A stretch of 64,000 nucleotides of DNA from Polaribacter sejongensis (GTDB taxonomy: Bacteria > Bacteroidota > Bacteroidia > Flavobacteriales > Flavobacteriaceae): contig CATITK010000002.1 in NCBI GenBank assembly GCA_949545755.1, positions 3,516-67,515 on the forward strand. The letters are read 5' to 3'. Positions 50,878-61,913 of the stretch are shown piece by piece. The position numbers and the translations under genes are program-made. The notes beneath the pieces were generated by a model. That model was not told the DNA's origin. It saw only the letters and a list, made by a program, of their open reading frames with translations, and searched no databases. Position 1 is the stretch's first letter. Each line of letters begins with the position of its first letter.

Positions 50878-52089
50878 ATGATCGACGAACGCGAAGTTAC
50901 ATCTGAAAAAGCCGTATTAATTGGTATTATCTCTCAGCAACAAGATGAAACTCAATCTACAGAATATTTAGATGAATTAGAGTTTTTAACTTTGACTGCT
51001 GGTGGAGTTGCCGTAAAACGTTTTGTTCAAAAGATGGAAAGACCAAACCCTAAAACTTTTTTAGGTACAGGAAAATTAGAAGAAGTGAGAGATTATATAG
51101 CATCTAATGCTATTGGAACAGCTATTTTTGATGATGAACTATCACCAGCACAACTGCGTAATATTGAGAAAATTTTAGATTGTAAAATTTTAGATAGAAC
51201 CAACCTTATCTTAGATATTTTTGCCCAAAGAGCGCAAACAAGTTCAGCAAAAACGCAAGTAGAATTAGCACAGTGTCAATATTTATTGCCTCGTTTAACA
51301 CGACTTTGGACACACCTAGACAAACAGAAGGGTGGAATAGGAATGCGTGGACCTGGGGAAACTGAAATAGAAACAGATCGACGGATCATTAATGATCGAA
51401 TTGTACTTTTAAAGAAGAAGTTAAAAACCATTGATAAGCAAATGGCAGTGCAACGAAAAAACCGTGGAAAAATGGTAAGAGTTGCTTTGGTTGGATACAC
51501 CAATGTTGGTAAATCTACGTTAATGAATGTCATCAGTAAGAGTGCTGTTTTTGCAGAAAACAAACTTTTTGCAACTTTAGACACCACCGTTAGAAAAGTC
51601 GTTATTAAGAACATTCCGTTTTTATTGACAGACACCGTTGGTTTTATTAGAAAATTACCCACACAATTGGTAGAGTCTTTCAAATCTACCTTAGATGAAG
51701 TTCGTGAAGCTGATTTATTATTACATATTGTAGACATCTCTCATCCGAATTTTGAGGATCATATTGCATCTGTAAATTCGATTCTAGCAGATATAAAATG
51801 TGCAGACAAACCGTCTTTAATGGTTTTTAATAAGATTGATGCTTATTCTCATGAAACTATCGATGAAGATGACATCATCACAGAAAGAGGAAAAAAACAT
51901 TATACTTTACAAGATTGGGAAAAAACTTGGATGAATGATTATGAGGTACCATCTATCTTTATTTCTGCTTTAAACAAAGATAATTTGGAAAATTTCAAAG
52001 ACAAATCTTATGAAGAAGTAAAGAAAATTCACATTCAACGTTTTCCTTATAATGACTTTTTATATTACGAATATAAAGAAGATGCGTAA
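50878..52089 (+). CDS. hflX: GTPase HflX
   Basis: GPGETEIETDRR, GYTNVGKST, LFATLD, DTVGF and NKID motifs. A -7 box TATTTTTG at 50864-50871 supports the ATG at 50878. Confidence 0.97.
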   Translation: MIDEREVTSEKAVLIGIISQQQDETQSTEYLDELEFLTLTAGGVAVKRFVQKMERPNPKTFLGTGKLEEVRDYIASNAIGTAIFDDELSPAQLRNIEKILDCKILDRTNLILDIFAQRAQTSSAKTQVELAQCQYLLPRLTRLWTHLDKQKGGIGMRGPGETEIETDRRIINDRIVLLKKKLKTIDKQMAVQRKNRGKMVRVALVGYTNVGKSTLMNVISKSAVFAENKLFATLDTTVRKVVIKNIPFLLTDTVGFIRKLPTQLVESFKSTLDEVREADLLLHIVDISHPNFEDHIASVNSILADIKCADKPSLMVFNKIDAYSHETIDEDDIITERGKKHYTLQDWEKTWMNDYEVPSIFISALNKDNLENFKDKSYEEVKKIHIQRFPYNDFLYYEYKEDA

Positions 52090-52152
52090 TAGAAAATTTG
52101 CACCTAAAAAAGGCATTAAAAGAGCTCTGCAAAAAAGGGCTAATCATTAAAT

Positions 52153-53418
52153 TTATACTAAAAATTGAAACAAATCTGGCTTATCATTCAGGTAATCACC
52201 AAAGAAATTTCGGTCTTTCATTCTTTTGATTAAAGGAGCTAAATCTTTAGAAGATTTTAATTCCAAACCAACAACCGCAGCACCGTTTGCTCTGTTATTT
52301 TTTTTGGTATATTCAAAATGTGTAATATCATCATTTGTCCCTAAAATTTCAGCTACAAATTCTTTTAAAGCTCCTGCTCTTTGAGGAAATTTTACAATGA
52401 AATAATGTTTCAAATTCGCATAGATTAAAGCACGTTCTTTAATTTCTGCAGTTCGCGTAATATCGTTATTACTTCCACTTACAATGCAAACAACATTTTT
52501 TCCTTTTATTTTATCCGAAAAAAAAGCTAATGCGGCAATACTTAAGGCACCTGCAGGTTCAACAACGATTGCATCTTTGTTATATAAATCTAAAATCGTC
52601 TGACAGATTTTTCCTTCAGGAACTGTTATCATTTCTGTTAAATTTTGCAAACAAATAGCAAAGTTTAGAGTCCCTACTTTTTTTACTGCAGCACCATCAA
52701 CAAATGAATCAATTTTTTTTAACGCTGTAACCCTTTTATTTCTGATAGATGTTTGCATAGAAGGTGCTCCTTCTGGCTCTACTCCTATGATTTTTGTTTC
52801 TGGAGAGAGGTCTTTAAAAATTGCTGACAAACCTGCTGACAATCCTCCACCTCCAACAGGGACAAAAACATAATCTATTTTCTCTTTCGTTTGTTTTAAA
52901 ATCTCTAACCCAACTGTTGCTTGTCCTTCAATTACTTTTTCATCATTAAAAGGATGAATAAACGTTTTATTTTTTGAATCACATGCTTGTTTTGCGGCAT
53001 TAAAAGCATCATCAAAAGTATCGCCTTCAAGAACTACTTCAATAAAATTTTCCCCAAACATTTTTACTTGGTTAATTTTCTGGTTTGGTGTTGGAGATGG
53101 CATAAAAATAGTGCCTTTTGTCTGTAGTAATTTACATGACAATGCAACCCCTTGCGCATGATTTCCTGCGCTTGCACATACAATTCCTCGCTTTTTTTCA
53201 TCATCCGTTAGTGAAGACATTTTATTATATGCTCCTCTAATTTTATAAGAACGAACCACTTGCAAATCTTCTCTTTTAAACAGAATCGTTGCTTCATACT
53301 CTTTTGACAAATTGAAGTTTTTACTTAATGGCGTTTCAATAGCAACCCCTGTTAAATTTTTAGAAGCCACTTTTACGTTTTCTACACTCGGAAAATAGTT
53401 TTGTTTTGCTTGCATCAT
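52153..53418 (-). CDS. ilvA: Threonine ammonia-lyase (short form, single regulatory domain)
   Basis: KREDLQ.VRSYKIRGA, SAGNHAQG, VGGGGL and FPQRAGAL motifs. Confidence 0.95.
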   Translation of the reverse strand: MMQAKQNYFPSVENVKVASKNLTGVAIETPLSKNFNLSKEYEATILFKREDLQVVRSYKIRGAYNKMSSLTDDEKKRGIVCASAGNHAQGVALSCKLLQTKGTIFMPSPTPNQKINQVKMFGENFIEVVLEGDTFDDAFNAAKQACDSKNKTFIHPFNDEKVIEGQATVGLEILKQTKEKIDYVFVPVGGGGLSAGLSAIFKDLSPETKIIGVEPEGAPSMQTSIRNKRVTALKKIDSFVDGAAVKKVGTLNFAICLQNLTEMITVPEGKICQTILDLYNKDAIVVEPAGALSIAALAFFSDKIKGKNVVCIVSGSNNDITRTAEIKERALIYANLKHYFIVKFPQRAGALKEFVAEILGTNDDITHFEYTKKNNRANGAAVVGLELKSSKDLAPLIKRMKDRNFFGDYLNDKPDLFQFLV

Positions 53419-53430
53419 TCTCTAATATAC

Positions 53431-53465
53431 AAAAGACCCTTCAGTTTATATAAACTGAAGGGTCT
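53431..53465 (-). terminator. Hairpin/terminator between ilvC and ilvA
   Basis: Perfect 32-bp palindrome AGACCCTTCAGTTTATATAAACTGAAGGGTCT, followed by a short U-tract on the minus strand. Confidence 0.7.
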
Positions 53466-53488
53466 AAAAAATTTAATTTATTTTTTAT

Positions 53489-54964
53489 TTATGCAGTTTT
53501 TACTACTTTCATTGCACCCATAGAAGCTCTTAATCTTTCTCCTACTTTTTCAACTGGATGATTTCTAATAATCGCATTAATACGAATTAACTCTTGGTTA
53601 TCAACTCCATTTTCTGAGTTAAATGGTTTTCCAATAAGATCCGTTTTTACATTTTTCATGAAATCTGTCAATAAAGGCTTACACGCATGATCAAATAAAT
53701 AACAACCATATTCTGCAGTATCAGAAATTACACGGTTCATCTCAGCCAACTTCATTCTTGCAATTGTATTTGCAATTAATGGCGTTTCGTGTAAAGACTC
53801 ATAATAAGCAGAGGCATCAATAATCCCAGAATCTGTCATTGCTTCAAAAGCTAATTCTACACCAGCTCTTACAAAAGCAACCAATAAAGTTCCATGATCA
53901 AAATATTCTTGTTCAGAAATTTCTTGATCAGTAACTTGTTGCTTTTCAAAAGCAGTTTCTCCAGTTGCAGCTCTCCAAGTTAATAAATTTTTATCATCAT
54001 TTGCCCAGTCTTCCATCATGGTTTTAGAAAAATGACCTGTCATAATATCATCCATATGTTTTTGAAACAAAGGACGCATAATGTCTTTCAATTCTTCAGA
54101 AATTTCAAATGCTTTTACTTTTGCAGGATTAGACAATCTGTCCATCATGTTCGTGATTCCTCCATGCTTTAAAGCTTCCGTTACAGTTTCCCAACCGTAT
54201 TGTATCAATTTGGCAGCATACCCTGGGGCAATTCCTTCTGCCACCATTTTATCAAAAGATAAAATTGCTCCTGTTTGTAACAAACCACATAAAATAGTTT
54301 GCTCTCCCATTAAATCTGACTTTACCTCAGCAACAAACGAAGACTCCAATACGCCTGCTCTATGACCACCTGTTGCAACTGCATATGCTTTTGCTTGCGC
54401 CCAACCTTTTCCTTGTGGATCATTTTCTGGGTGAACCGCTGTTAATGTTGGTACTCCAAACCCTCTTTTATATTCTTCTCTAACTTCTGAGCCTGGACAC
54501 TTTGGTGCCACCATAATTACAGTTAGATCTTCGCGAATTTGCATTCCTTCTTCAACAATATTAAAACCATGAGAATACGATAACGTTGCGCCTTTTTTCA
54601 TTAGAGGCATTACCGTTTTTACAACATTTGTGTGTTGCTTATCTGGCGTTAAATTAATTACTAAATCTGCAGTAGGTAATAATTCTTCATAAGTTCCAAC
54701 AACAAACCCGTTAGAAGTTGCATTCATAAAAGATGCTCTCTTTTGATCAATTGCACTCTGTCTTAATGTATAAGAAATGTCCAATCCAGAATCTCTCATA
54801 TTTAATCCTTGATTCAATCCTTGAGCTCCACAACCTACAATAACAATTTTCTTACCTTTCAAAGCGTCTACTCCGTCTTCAAATTCTGAAGCGTCCATAA
54901 AACGACATTTTGCTAATTGTTCTAATTTTTCTCTTAATGTTAATGTGTTAAAATAATTTGACAT
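53489..54964 (-). CDS. ilvC: Ketol-acid reductoisomerase (long, class II)
   Basis: [26 protein letters not shown] and [12 protein letters not shown] motifs. 491 aa from the ATG at 54964. Confidence 0.97.
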   Translation of the reverse strand: MSNYFNTLTLREKLEQLAKCRFMDASEFEDGVDALKGKKIVIVGCGAQGLNQGLNMRDSGLDISYTLRQSAIDQKRASFMNATSNGFVVGTYEELLPTADLVINLTPDKQHTNVVKTVMPLMKKGATLSYSHGFNIVEEGMQIREDLTVIMVAPKCPGSEVREEYKRGFGVPTLTAVHPENDPQGKGWAQAKAYAVATGGHRAGVLESSFVAEVKSDLMGEQTILCGLLQTGAILSFDKMVAEGIAPGYAAKLIQYGWETVTEALKHGGITNMMDRLSNPAKVKAFEISEELKDIMRPLFQKHMDDIMTGHFSKTMMEDWANDDKNLLTWRAATGETAFEKQQVTDQEISEQEYFDHGTLLVAFVRAGVELAFEAMTDSGIIDASAYYESLHETPLIANTIARMKLAEMNRVISDTAEYGCYLFDHACKPLLTDFMKNVKTDLIGKPFNSENGVDNQELIRINAIIRNHPVEKVGERLRASMGAMKVVKTA

Positions 54965-55074
54965 TTTATTTGTTTTTGTTTGATGATTAGAACTTAGATT
55001 TAAGAAAAAAGATGAGAGACGGCCTGTTTTCACTTTTGCCTTCTATAAGCTATTTTCTTAGGTCTTTGTTCTTT

Positions 55075-55605
55075 TTAATTATGGTATGTTTCTAACAATG
55101 TTGATATTTTCATTTCCTCTTTAGTAACAGCAATACGACCAGAACGGGTATATTGCATTATACCAAAAGCACTTAACTTTTGATGTAATTCTACTAATTC
55201 TGCTTTTTTTCCTGATTTTTCCAGCACAAAAAAGTCTTTATTTACAGTAACAATTCTGGCGTTACTCTCTTTGATGATATTTTGAATCTGACGTTCTTCA
55301 AATAACAGTTCAGATTTAATTTTAAACAAACCTGATATCTGATAAATTGTAGCTTCATCATCATGATAATAAGCCTTAATTACCTCTACTTGCTTTTCTA
55401 TCTGACCAATAATTTTCTTTACATTGTCTTCGCTCATATTTACAACAATTGTAAATTTAGCCACCCCATCAATTTCTGAAGGAGAAATGTTTAGACTTTC
55501 AATATTGATATGTCTTCTTTGGAAAATTGCTGATATTCTATTCAATAATCCAATATTGTTTTCAGTATAAACTGATATGGTATATAGGTTTCTTTCTGTA
55601 CTCAT
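55075..55605 (-). CDS. ilvN: Acetolactate synthase small subunit
   Basis: ACT domain EN.IGLLNRI...F.RR.INIESL, and RSGRIA. Confidence 0.94.
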   Translation of the reverse strand: MSTERNLYTISVYTENNIGLLNRISAIFQRRHINIESLNISPSEIDGVAKFTIVVNMSEDNVKKIIGQIEKQVEVIKAYYHDDEATIYQISGLFKIKSELLFEERQIQNIIKESNARIVTVNKDFFVLEKSGKKAELVELHQKLSAFGIMQYTRSGRIAVTKEEMKISTLLETYHN

Positions 55606-55606
55606 A

Positions 55607-57340
55607 TTATTCTAATCTTATCTCTGAAACACTCGCTCCTGAAGGAACCATTGGAAATACATTTCCTTCTTTTTCTACACAAACCTCTAGGAAATAGGCT
55701 TCTTTACTCGCCATCATTTCTGCTACAGCATCCGCCAATTCTTCCCGTTTTGTAACTTTTTTTGCTTTTATATAATACCCTTCTGCGATTGCAACAAAAT
55801 TTGGATTTACCATTTCTGTAGATGCATACCGTTTCTCAAAAAACAATTGTTGCCATTGACGCACCATTCCTAGGAAGTCGTTATTTAAAACTACTACTTT
55901 CACAGCTGCCTTTTGTTGAAAAATAGTCCCTAATTCTTGAATCGTCATTTGGTATCCTCCATCACCAGAAATAGAAACAACTTCACGCTCTGGTGCGGCC
56001 ATTTTTGCACCAATTGCTGCTGGCAAACCAAAGCCCATAGTACCTAACCCTCCTGAAGTAATATTACTTTTTGTTTTGTTGAATTCAGCATATCTACAAG
56101 CAATCATTTGATGTTGACCTACATCGGTAACAATAGCTGCCTCGCCTTTACTCTGAATATTAATTTCTTTAATTACTTCACCCATTGTCAATCCTTCTTT
56201 GGTTGGGTGGATGTCGTTTTTAATTACTTTCTCATATTCAATTTCGTATAGATCTTTAAATTTCTGATGCCAATCTTCATGAGAATTTTCATTAATCATT
56301 GGTAAAATAGCACCTAACGTTCCTTTTGCATCTCCTAAAACAGCAACATCTGTTTTTATATTCTTATCTATTTCTGCAGGGTCAATTTCAAAGTGAATTA
56401 CCTTCGCTTGCGTAGCATATTCATCTAATTTTCCAGTAACTCGGTCATCAAAGCGCATTCCAATTGCGATTAAAACATCACATTCGTTGGTTAATTTATT
56501 TGGTGCATAATTACCATGCATTCCTAACATTCCAACATTTAATGGATGAGAAGTTGGCAATGCTGAAGCGCCTAAAATTGTCCAACCAGCAGGAATTCCT
56601 GATTTTTCTACTAGTGCTTTAAATTGCGTTTCTGCTTCACTTAAAATAACGCCTTGTCCCCATATAATAAATGGCTTTTTAGCTTCATTTATTAATTTTG
56701 CAGCTGCTTCTAAAGAACCTTCTGCTGTTTTTGGAACAGGAATGTAACTCCTCACTTTTGTACATTTTTCATAAGAAAAATCGAACTCTTCAAACTGGGC
56801 ATCTTTCGTTATGTCTACTAAAACAGGACCTGGTCTTCCACTTCTTGCAATGTAAAATGCTTTTGCCAAAGCTGCTGGAATGTCAGCTGCTTTTGTAACT
56901 TGACAATTCCATTTGGTTACGGGCGTAGAAATACCAACAATATCGGTTTCTTGAAACGCGTCACTTCCTAATAAATGTGAAGGAACCTGCCCCGTAATAC
57001 ACACCATTGGTGTCGAGTCTATCTGTGCATCTGCAATACCAGTAATTAAATTGGTTGCTCCTGGGCCAGAAGTAGCAATTGCTACACCTACTTTTCCAGA
57101 AATTCTTGCAAACCCTTGTGCAGAATGCGTTGCGCCTTGTTCATGACGCGTTAAAACATGGTGGATTTTATCTTGATATTTATACAATTCATCATATACT
57201 GGCATGATTGCTCCACCAGGATATCCGTAAATTATTTTTATATCTTCTTCAATTAAACACCTAACAATTGCTTCACTACCAGAAATTCTTTCGGTAACTT
57301 TTGTTGCATTTTGATTGTTTTTTATGGTCTGTGTTTCCAT
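55607..57340 (-). CDS. ilvB: Acetolactate synthase large subunit
   Basis: GYPGGA, RHEQGA, TSGPGATN, GMHG, GDGG.QM and LGMVRQWQ motifs. Confidence 0.96.
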   Translation of the reverse strand: METQTIKNNQNATKVTERISGSEAIVRCLIEEDIKIIYGYPGGAIMPVYDELYKYQDKIHHVLTRHEQGATHSAQGFARISGKVGVAIATSGPGATNLITGIADAQIDSTPMVCITGQVPSHLLGSDAFQETDIVGISTPVTKWNCQVTKAADIPAALAKAFYIARSGRPGPVLVDITKDAQFEEFDFSYEKCTKVRSYIPVPKTAEGSLEAAAKLINEAKKPFIIWGQGVILSEAETQFKALVEKSGIPAGWTILGASALPTSHPLNVGMLGMHGNYAPNKLTNECDVLIAIGMRFDDRVTGKLDEYATQAKVIHFEIDPAEIDKNIKTDVAVLGDAKGTLGAILPMINENSHEDWHQKFKDLYEIEYEKVIKNDIHPTKEGLTMGEVIKEINIQSKGEAAIVTDVGQHQMIACRYAEFNKTKSNITSGGLGTMGFGLPAAIGAKMAAPEREVVSISGDGGYQMTIQELGTIFQQKAAVKVVVLNNDFLGMVRQWQQLFFEKRYASTEMVNPNFVAIAEGYYIKAKKVTKREELADAVAEMMASKEAYFLEVCVEKEGNVFPMVPSGASVSEIRLE

Positions 57341-57475
57341 ATTTTCAATTAGATTATAGCGGTTAAAAAATAGATTTTAGACGATTCTCTTTTGCGCTCA
57401 ATTTTATTTTTATTTAAAGAATAGTAAAAGAATTAAATTATAGCTTTCTTCTATACGCTATCAACTTGTTTCTTA

Positions 57476-59152
57476 TTATAAATCCGTAACACATCCTTTA
57501 GATGCTGATGCTACTGTTTTTGCATATTTATACAAAATTCCTTTTGTATGTTTCAGTGCTGGGGCAACCCATTGTGCTTTTCTTACTGCGATTTCTTCAT
57601 CTGAAAGTAACACATTAATTGAATTGTCTTCTGCACTAATTCTAATTTTATCACCTGTTTTTAGAATTCCAATTGCGCCTCCAGATTGTGCTTCTGGTGT
57701 AATATGACCCACTACAAAACCATGGGTTCCTCCAGAAAAACGTCCATCCGTAATTAATGCTACTGATTTTCCTAAACCTGCCCCCATAATTAAGGAAGTT
57801 GGTTTTAACATTTCTGGCATTCCTGGTCCTCCTTTTGGTCCCACATATCGAATGACGACAACATCTCCTCTTTCTACTTCTCCGTTTACAATCCCTGAAT
57901 TTGCAGCTTGTTCTCCATCATATACGACCGCTTTTCCTTCAAAAAGTAATCCTTCATTTCCAGAAATTTTTGCAACAGCTCCTTCTGTAGCTAAGTTTCC
58001 GTATATGATTTGAATATTTCCTGATGATTTTAAAGCTTTGTCTTTTGGATAAATTACATCTTGCTCGTCAAATTCCATTGGGGCAACACTTGCTAAATTT
58101 TCTGCTAATGTTTTCCCAGTGACTGTCATACAATCTCCATGTAAATATCCATTGTCTAATAAATATTTCATGATTGCAGGAGTTCCTCCAACGCTATGAA
58201 CATCTTCCATTAAGTATTTTCCTGAGGGTTTTAAATCTGCAATTAGCGGCGTTCGATCACTTACTTTTTGAAAATCTTCTAAAGTAAATTCGATATCTGC
58301 AGCATGTGCTATTGCTAAAAAGTGTAGCACAGCATTTGTAGAACCTCCCAATGCATTTACAATGGCAATTGCATTTTCTAAAGACTTTTTAGAAATAATA
58401 TCTAACGGTTTTAAATCTAATTCTAATAAGTTTTTTATTGCCAAAGCAGTTCTTTCTGCTTCCGATAATTTATTCGGATTTTCTGCTGGGATTGAAGAGT
58501 TATAAGGCAATGCAAAACCCATACATTCAATAGCAGAAGCCATTGTATTTGCAGTATACATTCCTCCACAAGCTCCTGCTCCTGGAATGGCTCTTTTTAT
58601 AATTTCTCTATATTCTTCTTCTTCTATTTCTCCTGCCATTTTCTGACCCAAAGCTTCAAAAGCAGAAACAATATTTAATTTTCTTCCTTTATAATTTCCT
58701 GATGCAATGGTTCCTCCATACATCATTATTGATGGACGATTTAAACGCAACATTGCAATCACGGCTCCTGGCATATTTTTATCACAACCAACCACAGAAA
58801 CGAGCGCATCATAACTTTGCGCATTCATCACTGTTTCTATTGAATCTGCAATAATATCTCTTGACGCTAAAGAGTAATTCATACCCGAAGTTCCCATAGA
58901 AATTCCGTCTGAAACTCCAATTGTATTAAACCCTAGACCTACTAAACCTGCAATTTTACTTTCAACTTTAACCTCTGCTGCTAAATTGTTTAAATGCATA
59001 TTACATGGATTACCATCATAACCAGTACTTGCGATACCAACTTGCGCTTTTTGCATGTCTTCATCGTTTAATCCTACTGCATACAACATTGCTTGAGATG
59101 CTGGTTGGGATTCATCTTGTGTTAATCTTTTGCTGTGTTTATTTAATTCCAT
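57476..59152 (-). CDS. ilvD: Dihydroxy-acid dehydratase
   Basis: [34 protein letters not shown] and TDGRFSGG motifs. Confidence 0.97.
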   Translation of the reverse strand: MELNKHSKRLTQDESQPASQAMLYAVGLNDEDMQKAQVGIASTGYDGNPCNMHLNNLAAEVKVESKIAGLVGLGFNTIGVSDGISMGTSGMNYSLASRDIIADSIETVMNAQSYDALVSVVGCDKNMPGAVIAMLRLNRPSIMMYGGTIASGNYKGRKLNIVSAFEALGQKMAGEIEEEEYREIIKRAIPGAGACGGMYTANTMASAIECMGFALPYNSSIPAENPNKLSEAERTALAIKNLLELDLKPLDIISKKSLENAIAIVNALGGSTNAVLHFLAIAHAADIEFTLEDFQKVSDRTPLIADLKPSGKYLMEDVHSVGGTPAIMKYLLDNGYLHGDCMTVTGKTLAENLASVAPMEFDEQDVIYPKDKALKSSGNIQIIYGNLATEGAVAKISGNEGLLFEGKAVVYDGEQAANSGIVNGEVERGDVVVIRYVGPKGGPGMPEMLKPTSLIMGAGLGKSVALITDGRFSGGTHGFVVGHITPEAQSGGAIGILKTGDKIRISAEDNSINVLLSDEEIAVRKAQWVAPALKHTKGILYKYAKTVASASKGCVTDL

Positions 59153-59321
59153 TTACTGATTTCTTCAATTCGTTGTCTAAATTACTATGTTTTTCTATTT
59201 TCTTTGCATAAAACTAAATCATATTCTTTAAATTCAGGTGTTAAAAAAATACATTAAATAACTGTATTTCAGTTATTTAATACTTTTTAATTATGACACT
59301 CAATGCTTGAAATAATTTCAT

Positions 59322-59349
59322 AAAAAAACCTTCTTTTTTTATGAAGGTT
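59322..59349 (-). terminator. Intrinsic terminator after leuB
   Basis: Minus strand AACCTTC-ataaaaaaa-GAAGGTT followed by TTTTT. Confidence 0.55.
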
Positions 59350-59375
59350 AAATTCGAAATTAATTGAACGCAAAT

Positions 59376-60497
59376 TTAAATAATCGTACTTTGTCCCATG
59401 TGAATATTTGTAAAATTTAAATTACTATCTTCTTGGTTTGCAATATAGTCTGCAATAAAATCACCCACTTTAGCTGTAGAGGCTGCATACTGGTTTTTAC
59501 CTTTTAAGTCTTGCGTAGTAATTCCTAAATCTAAGGATTTTTCAACGGCTCTTTGTATTGCATCTGCTTCATCATGCAACCCTAAGTATTCTAATAGCAT
59601 TGCTGCTGATAAAATAGATGCCAAAGGATTGGCAATATCTTTTCCTTTTGCTTTGGGAAAAGAACCATGAATTGGCTCAAACAATGCGTTTTTTTCACCA
59701 ATTGAACTGGAAGCAAGAATCCCAATAGATCCTCCGATTACGCAGGCTACATCTGAAATAATATCACCAAAAAGATTTTCAGATAGAATAACGTCAAACT
59801 GTTTTGGGTGTAAAACAATTTGCATTGCTGCATTGTCTACCAGCATAAAATCTAAGGCAACATCTTTATATTGTTTTCCAATTTTGGCTACGGTTTTTCT
59901 CCACAAACGAGAAGTTTCTAAAACATTCGCTTTATCAACCAACGTTACTTTTTTCTTTCTTTCCTGAGCTGCTTTAAAAGCTAAATGTGTTACTCTAGAA
60001 ATTTCTTCAACCGTATAAGAACAAACATCAAAAGCAGATTTTTTATCTTTACTTACTTCTTTTTTTCCAAAATAAATTCCTGCACTTAGTTCTCTATAAA
60101 TAGCGATATCTGTTTCAGCAATGATTTCTTTTTTAAGAGGAGCGTTTTTTATTAATTTAGGATAGATTTTTATTGGAGTGATATTACAGAATAGTTCCAA
60201 CTCATTTCTTAAACGTAAAAGCCCTTGTTCGGGTCTTACTTTTAAGCTTGGATCATTGTCGTATTTTAATTCTCCAATTGCTCCGAATAAAATTGCATCC
60301 GCCTTTTTACAGATTTCAATAGTTTCTACTGGCAAAGGATCACCAGTTTTTTCAATTGCACAAGCGCCCATTTGAGCTTCTTTGTATAAAAAAATATGAT
60401 CATATGTCTCAGCAATAGCATCTAACGCTTTTTTTGCTTGCGTAGTTACTTCTGGCCCAATACCATCTCCAGGAATTACTGCAATTGTATATTTCAT
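59376..60497 (-). CDS. leuB: 3-isopropylmalate dehydrogenase
   Basis: GDGIGPE, RPEQGLL, VDKANVL, NLFGDIISD, EPIHGS and ANP motifs. Confidence 0.93.
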   Translation of the reverse strand: MKYTIAVIPGDGIGPEVTTQAKKALDAIAETYDHIFLYKEAQMGACAIEKTGDPLPVETIEICKKADAILFGAIGELKYDNDPSLKVRPEQGLLRLRNELELFCNITPIKIYPKLIKNAPLKKEIIAETDIAIYRELSAGIYFGKKEVSKDKKSAFDVCSYTVEEISRVTHLAFKAAQERKKKVTLVDKANVLETSRLWRKTVAKIGKQYKDVALDFMLVDNAAMQIVLHPKQFDVILSENLFGDIISDVACVIGGSIGILASSSIGEKNALFEPIHGSFPKAKGKDIANPLASILSAAMLLEYLGLHDEADAIQRAVEKSLDLGITTQDLKGKNQYAASTAKVGDFIADYIANQEDSNLNFTNIHMGQSTII

Positions 60498-60605
60498 GCT
60501 CTTTGTGTAATCGCTATGTTCTTATCTTATCGAAAGTAGTTATTTTTTTAATTATTTTGATCAAAACTTACACAAAATTCTAAAGAAAAAATCCTTTTCG
60601 TTTTT

Positions 60606-61781
60606 TTAAGCCGTTGCTATTTTAGAGATCTTACTCACTTTTTTCATAATCGCGTGTATGCCCTCATCTTTTACTTCTTTTTGTTGATCTGCTATAATTA
60701 GGAAAGCATCATAGGCAAGGTCCAATTGCACTTTCGTTAATTCATAACCAATCTTTTTGGCTCTATACGCCAAAGCAGCTCTACCGCTTCTTGCTGTTAA
60801 TACAATAGCACTTTCTGTAACCCCAACATCTTCAGGGTCCATAATTTCGTAAGTTTCTCTGTTTTTTATAACGCCATCTTGATGAATTCCAGAACTGTGC
60901 GCAAATGCATTTGCACCAACAATTGCCTTGTTTGGTTGCACAGGCATTCCCATACTTTCACGAACCATAATACTTGTATCATACAATAATTTGGTATTAA
61001 CACTTGTTTCCAGATTCAAATAGGGATGCTGCTTTAAGACCATTACAACTTCTTCTAAGGCAGTATTACCCGCTCTTTCTCCGATTCCATTAATGGTACA
61101 TTCTATTTGACGCGCCCCGTTGATGACCCCCGCAATAGAATTTGCAGTAGCGAGTCCTAAGTCGTTATGACAATGACAAGAAAGAATTACATGATCGATT
61201 CCTTTGACGTTTTCACGTAAGTATTTTATTTTTGCTCCATACTCTTCTGGCAAACAATATCCGGTTGTATCAGGGATATTTAAAACCGTTGCGCCCGCCT
61301 TAATAACAGCTTCACAAACTCTTGCCAAATAGGCGTTGTCAGTTCTACCAGCATCTTCTGCATAAAACTCTACATCCTCTACAAAAGATTTTGCATAAGA
61401 AACTGCCTTAACAGCGCGTTCTATTACTTTTTCTCTTGTAGAATTGAATTTAAATTGAATATGAGAATCACTAGTTCCGATACCTGTGTGGATTCTTGGA
61501 ATTTTAGCATATTTAAGAGCTTCTGCAGCGACTTTAATATCGTTTTCTACAGCTCTTGTTAAACCACACACTGTGGCATTTTTTACAATTTTTGAAATCT
61601 CTGTAACCGAAATAAAGTCTCCGGGACTAGAAACAGGAAAACCTGCTTCAATAATGTTAACACCTAACAAATCTAACCTTTCAGCAATGACTAACTTTTG
61701 CTTTGTATCTAGCTTACAGCCTGGAACTTGCTCTCCATCTCTAAGGGTTGTATCGAAAATTTGTACTTGGTTGTCTTGCAT
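60606..61781 (-). CDS. leuA: 2-isopropylmalate synthase (short form lacking the C-terminal regulatory domain)
   Basis: [25 protein letters not shown] and [10 protein letters not shown] motifs; 391 aa. A -7 box lies at 61813-61820 (minus strand). Confidence 0.93.
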   Translation of the reverse strand: MQDNQVQIFDTTLRDGEQVPGCKLDTKQKLVIAERLDLLGVNIIEAGFPVSSPGDFISVTEISKIVKNATVCGLTRAVENDIKVAAEALKYAKIPRIHTGIGTSDSHIQFKFNSTREKVIERAVKAVSYAKSFVEDVEFYAEDAGRTDNAYLARVCEAVIKAGATVLNIPDTTGYCLPEEYGAKIKYLRENVKGIDHVILSCHCHNDLGLATANSIAGVINGARQIECTINGIGERAGNTALEEVVMVLKQHPYLNLETSVNTKLLYDTSIMVRESMGMPVQPNKAIVGANAFAHSSGIHQDGVIKNRETYEIMDPEDVGVTESAIVLTARSGRAALAYRAKKIGYELTKVQLDLAYDAFLIIADQQKEVKDEGIHAIMKKVSKISKIATA

Positions 61782-61913
61782 AATTTATGTAAAGATTGTC
61801 TTTATTATAAATCAAATATATATCTTGCCTTCCTAATTCAGTTATTAACATCTAAATATTCACGATTTCTAAAGCAAATTACAAACCTCTAAAATGTTGT
61901 ATAACAGTATAGT

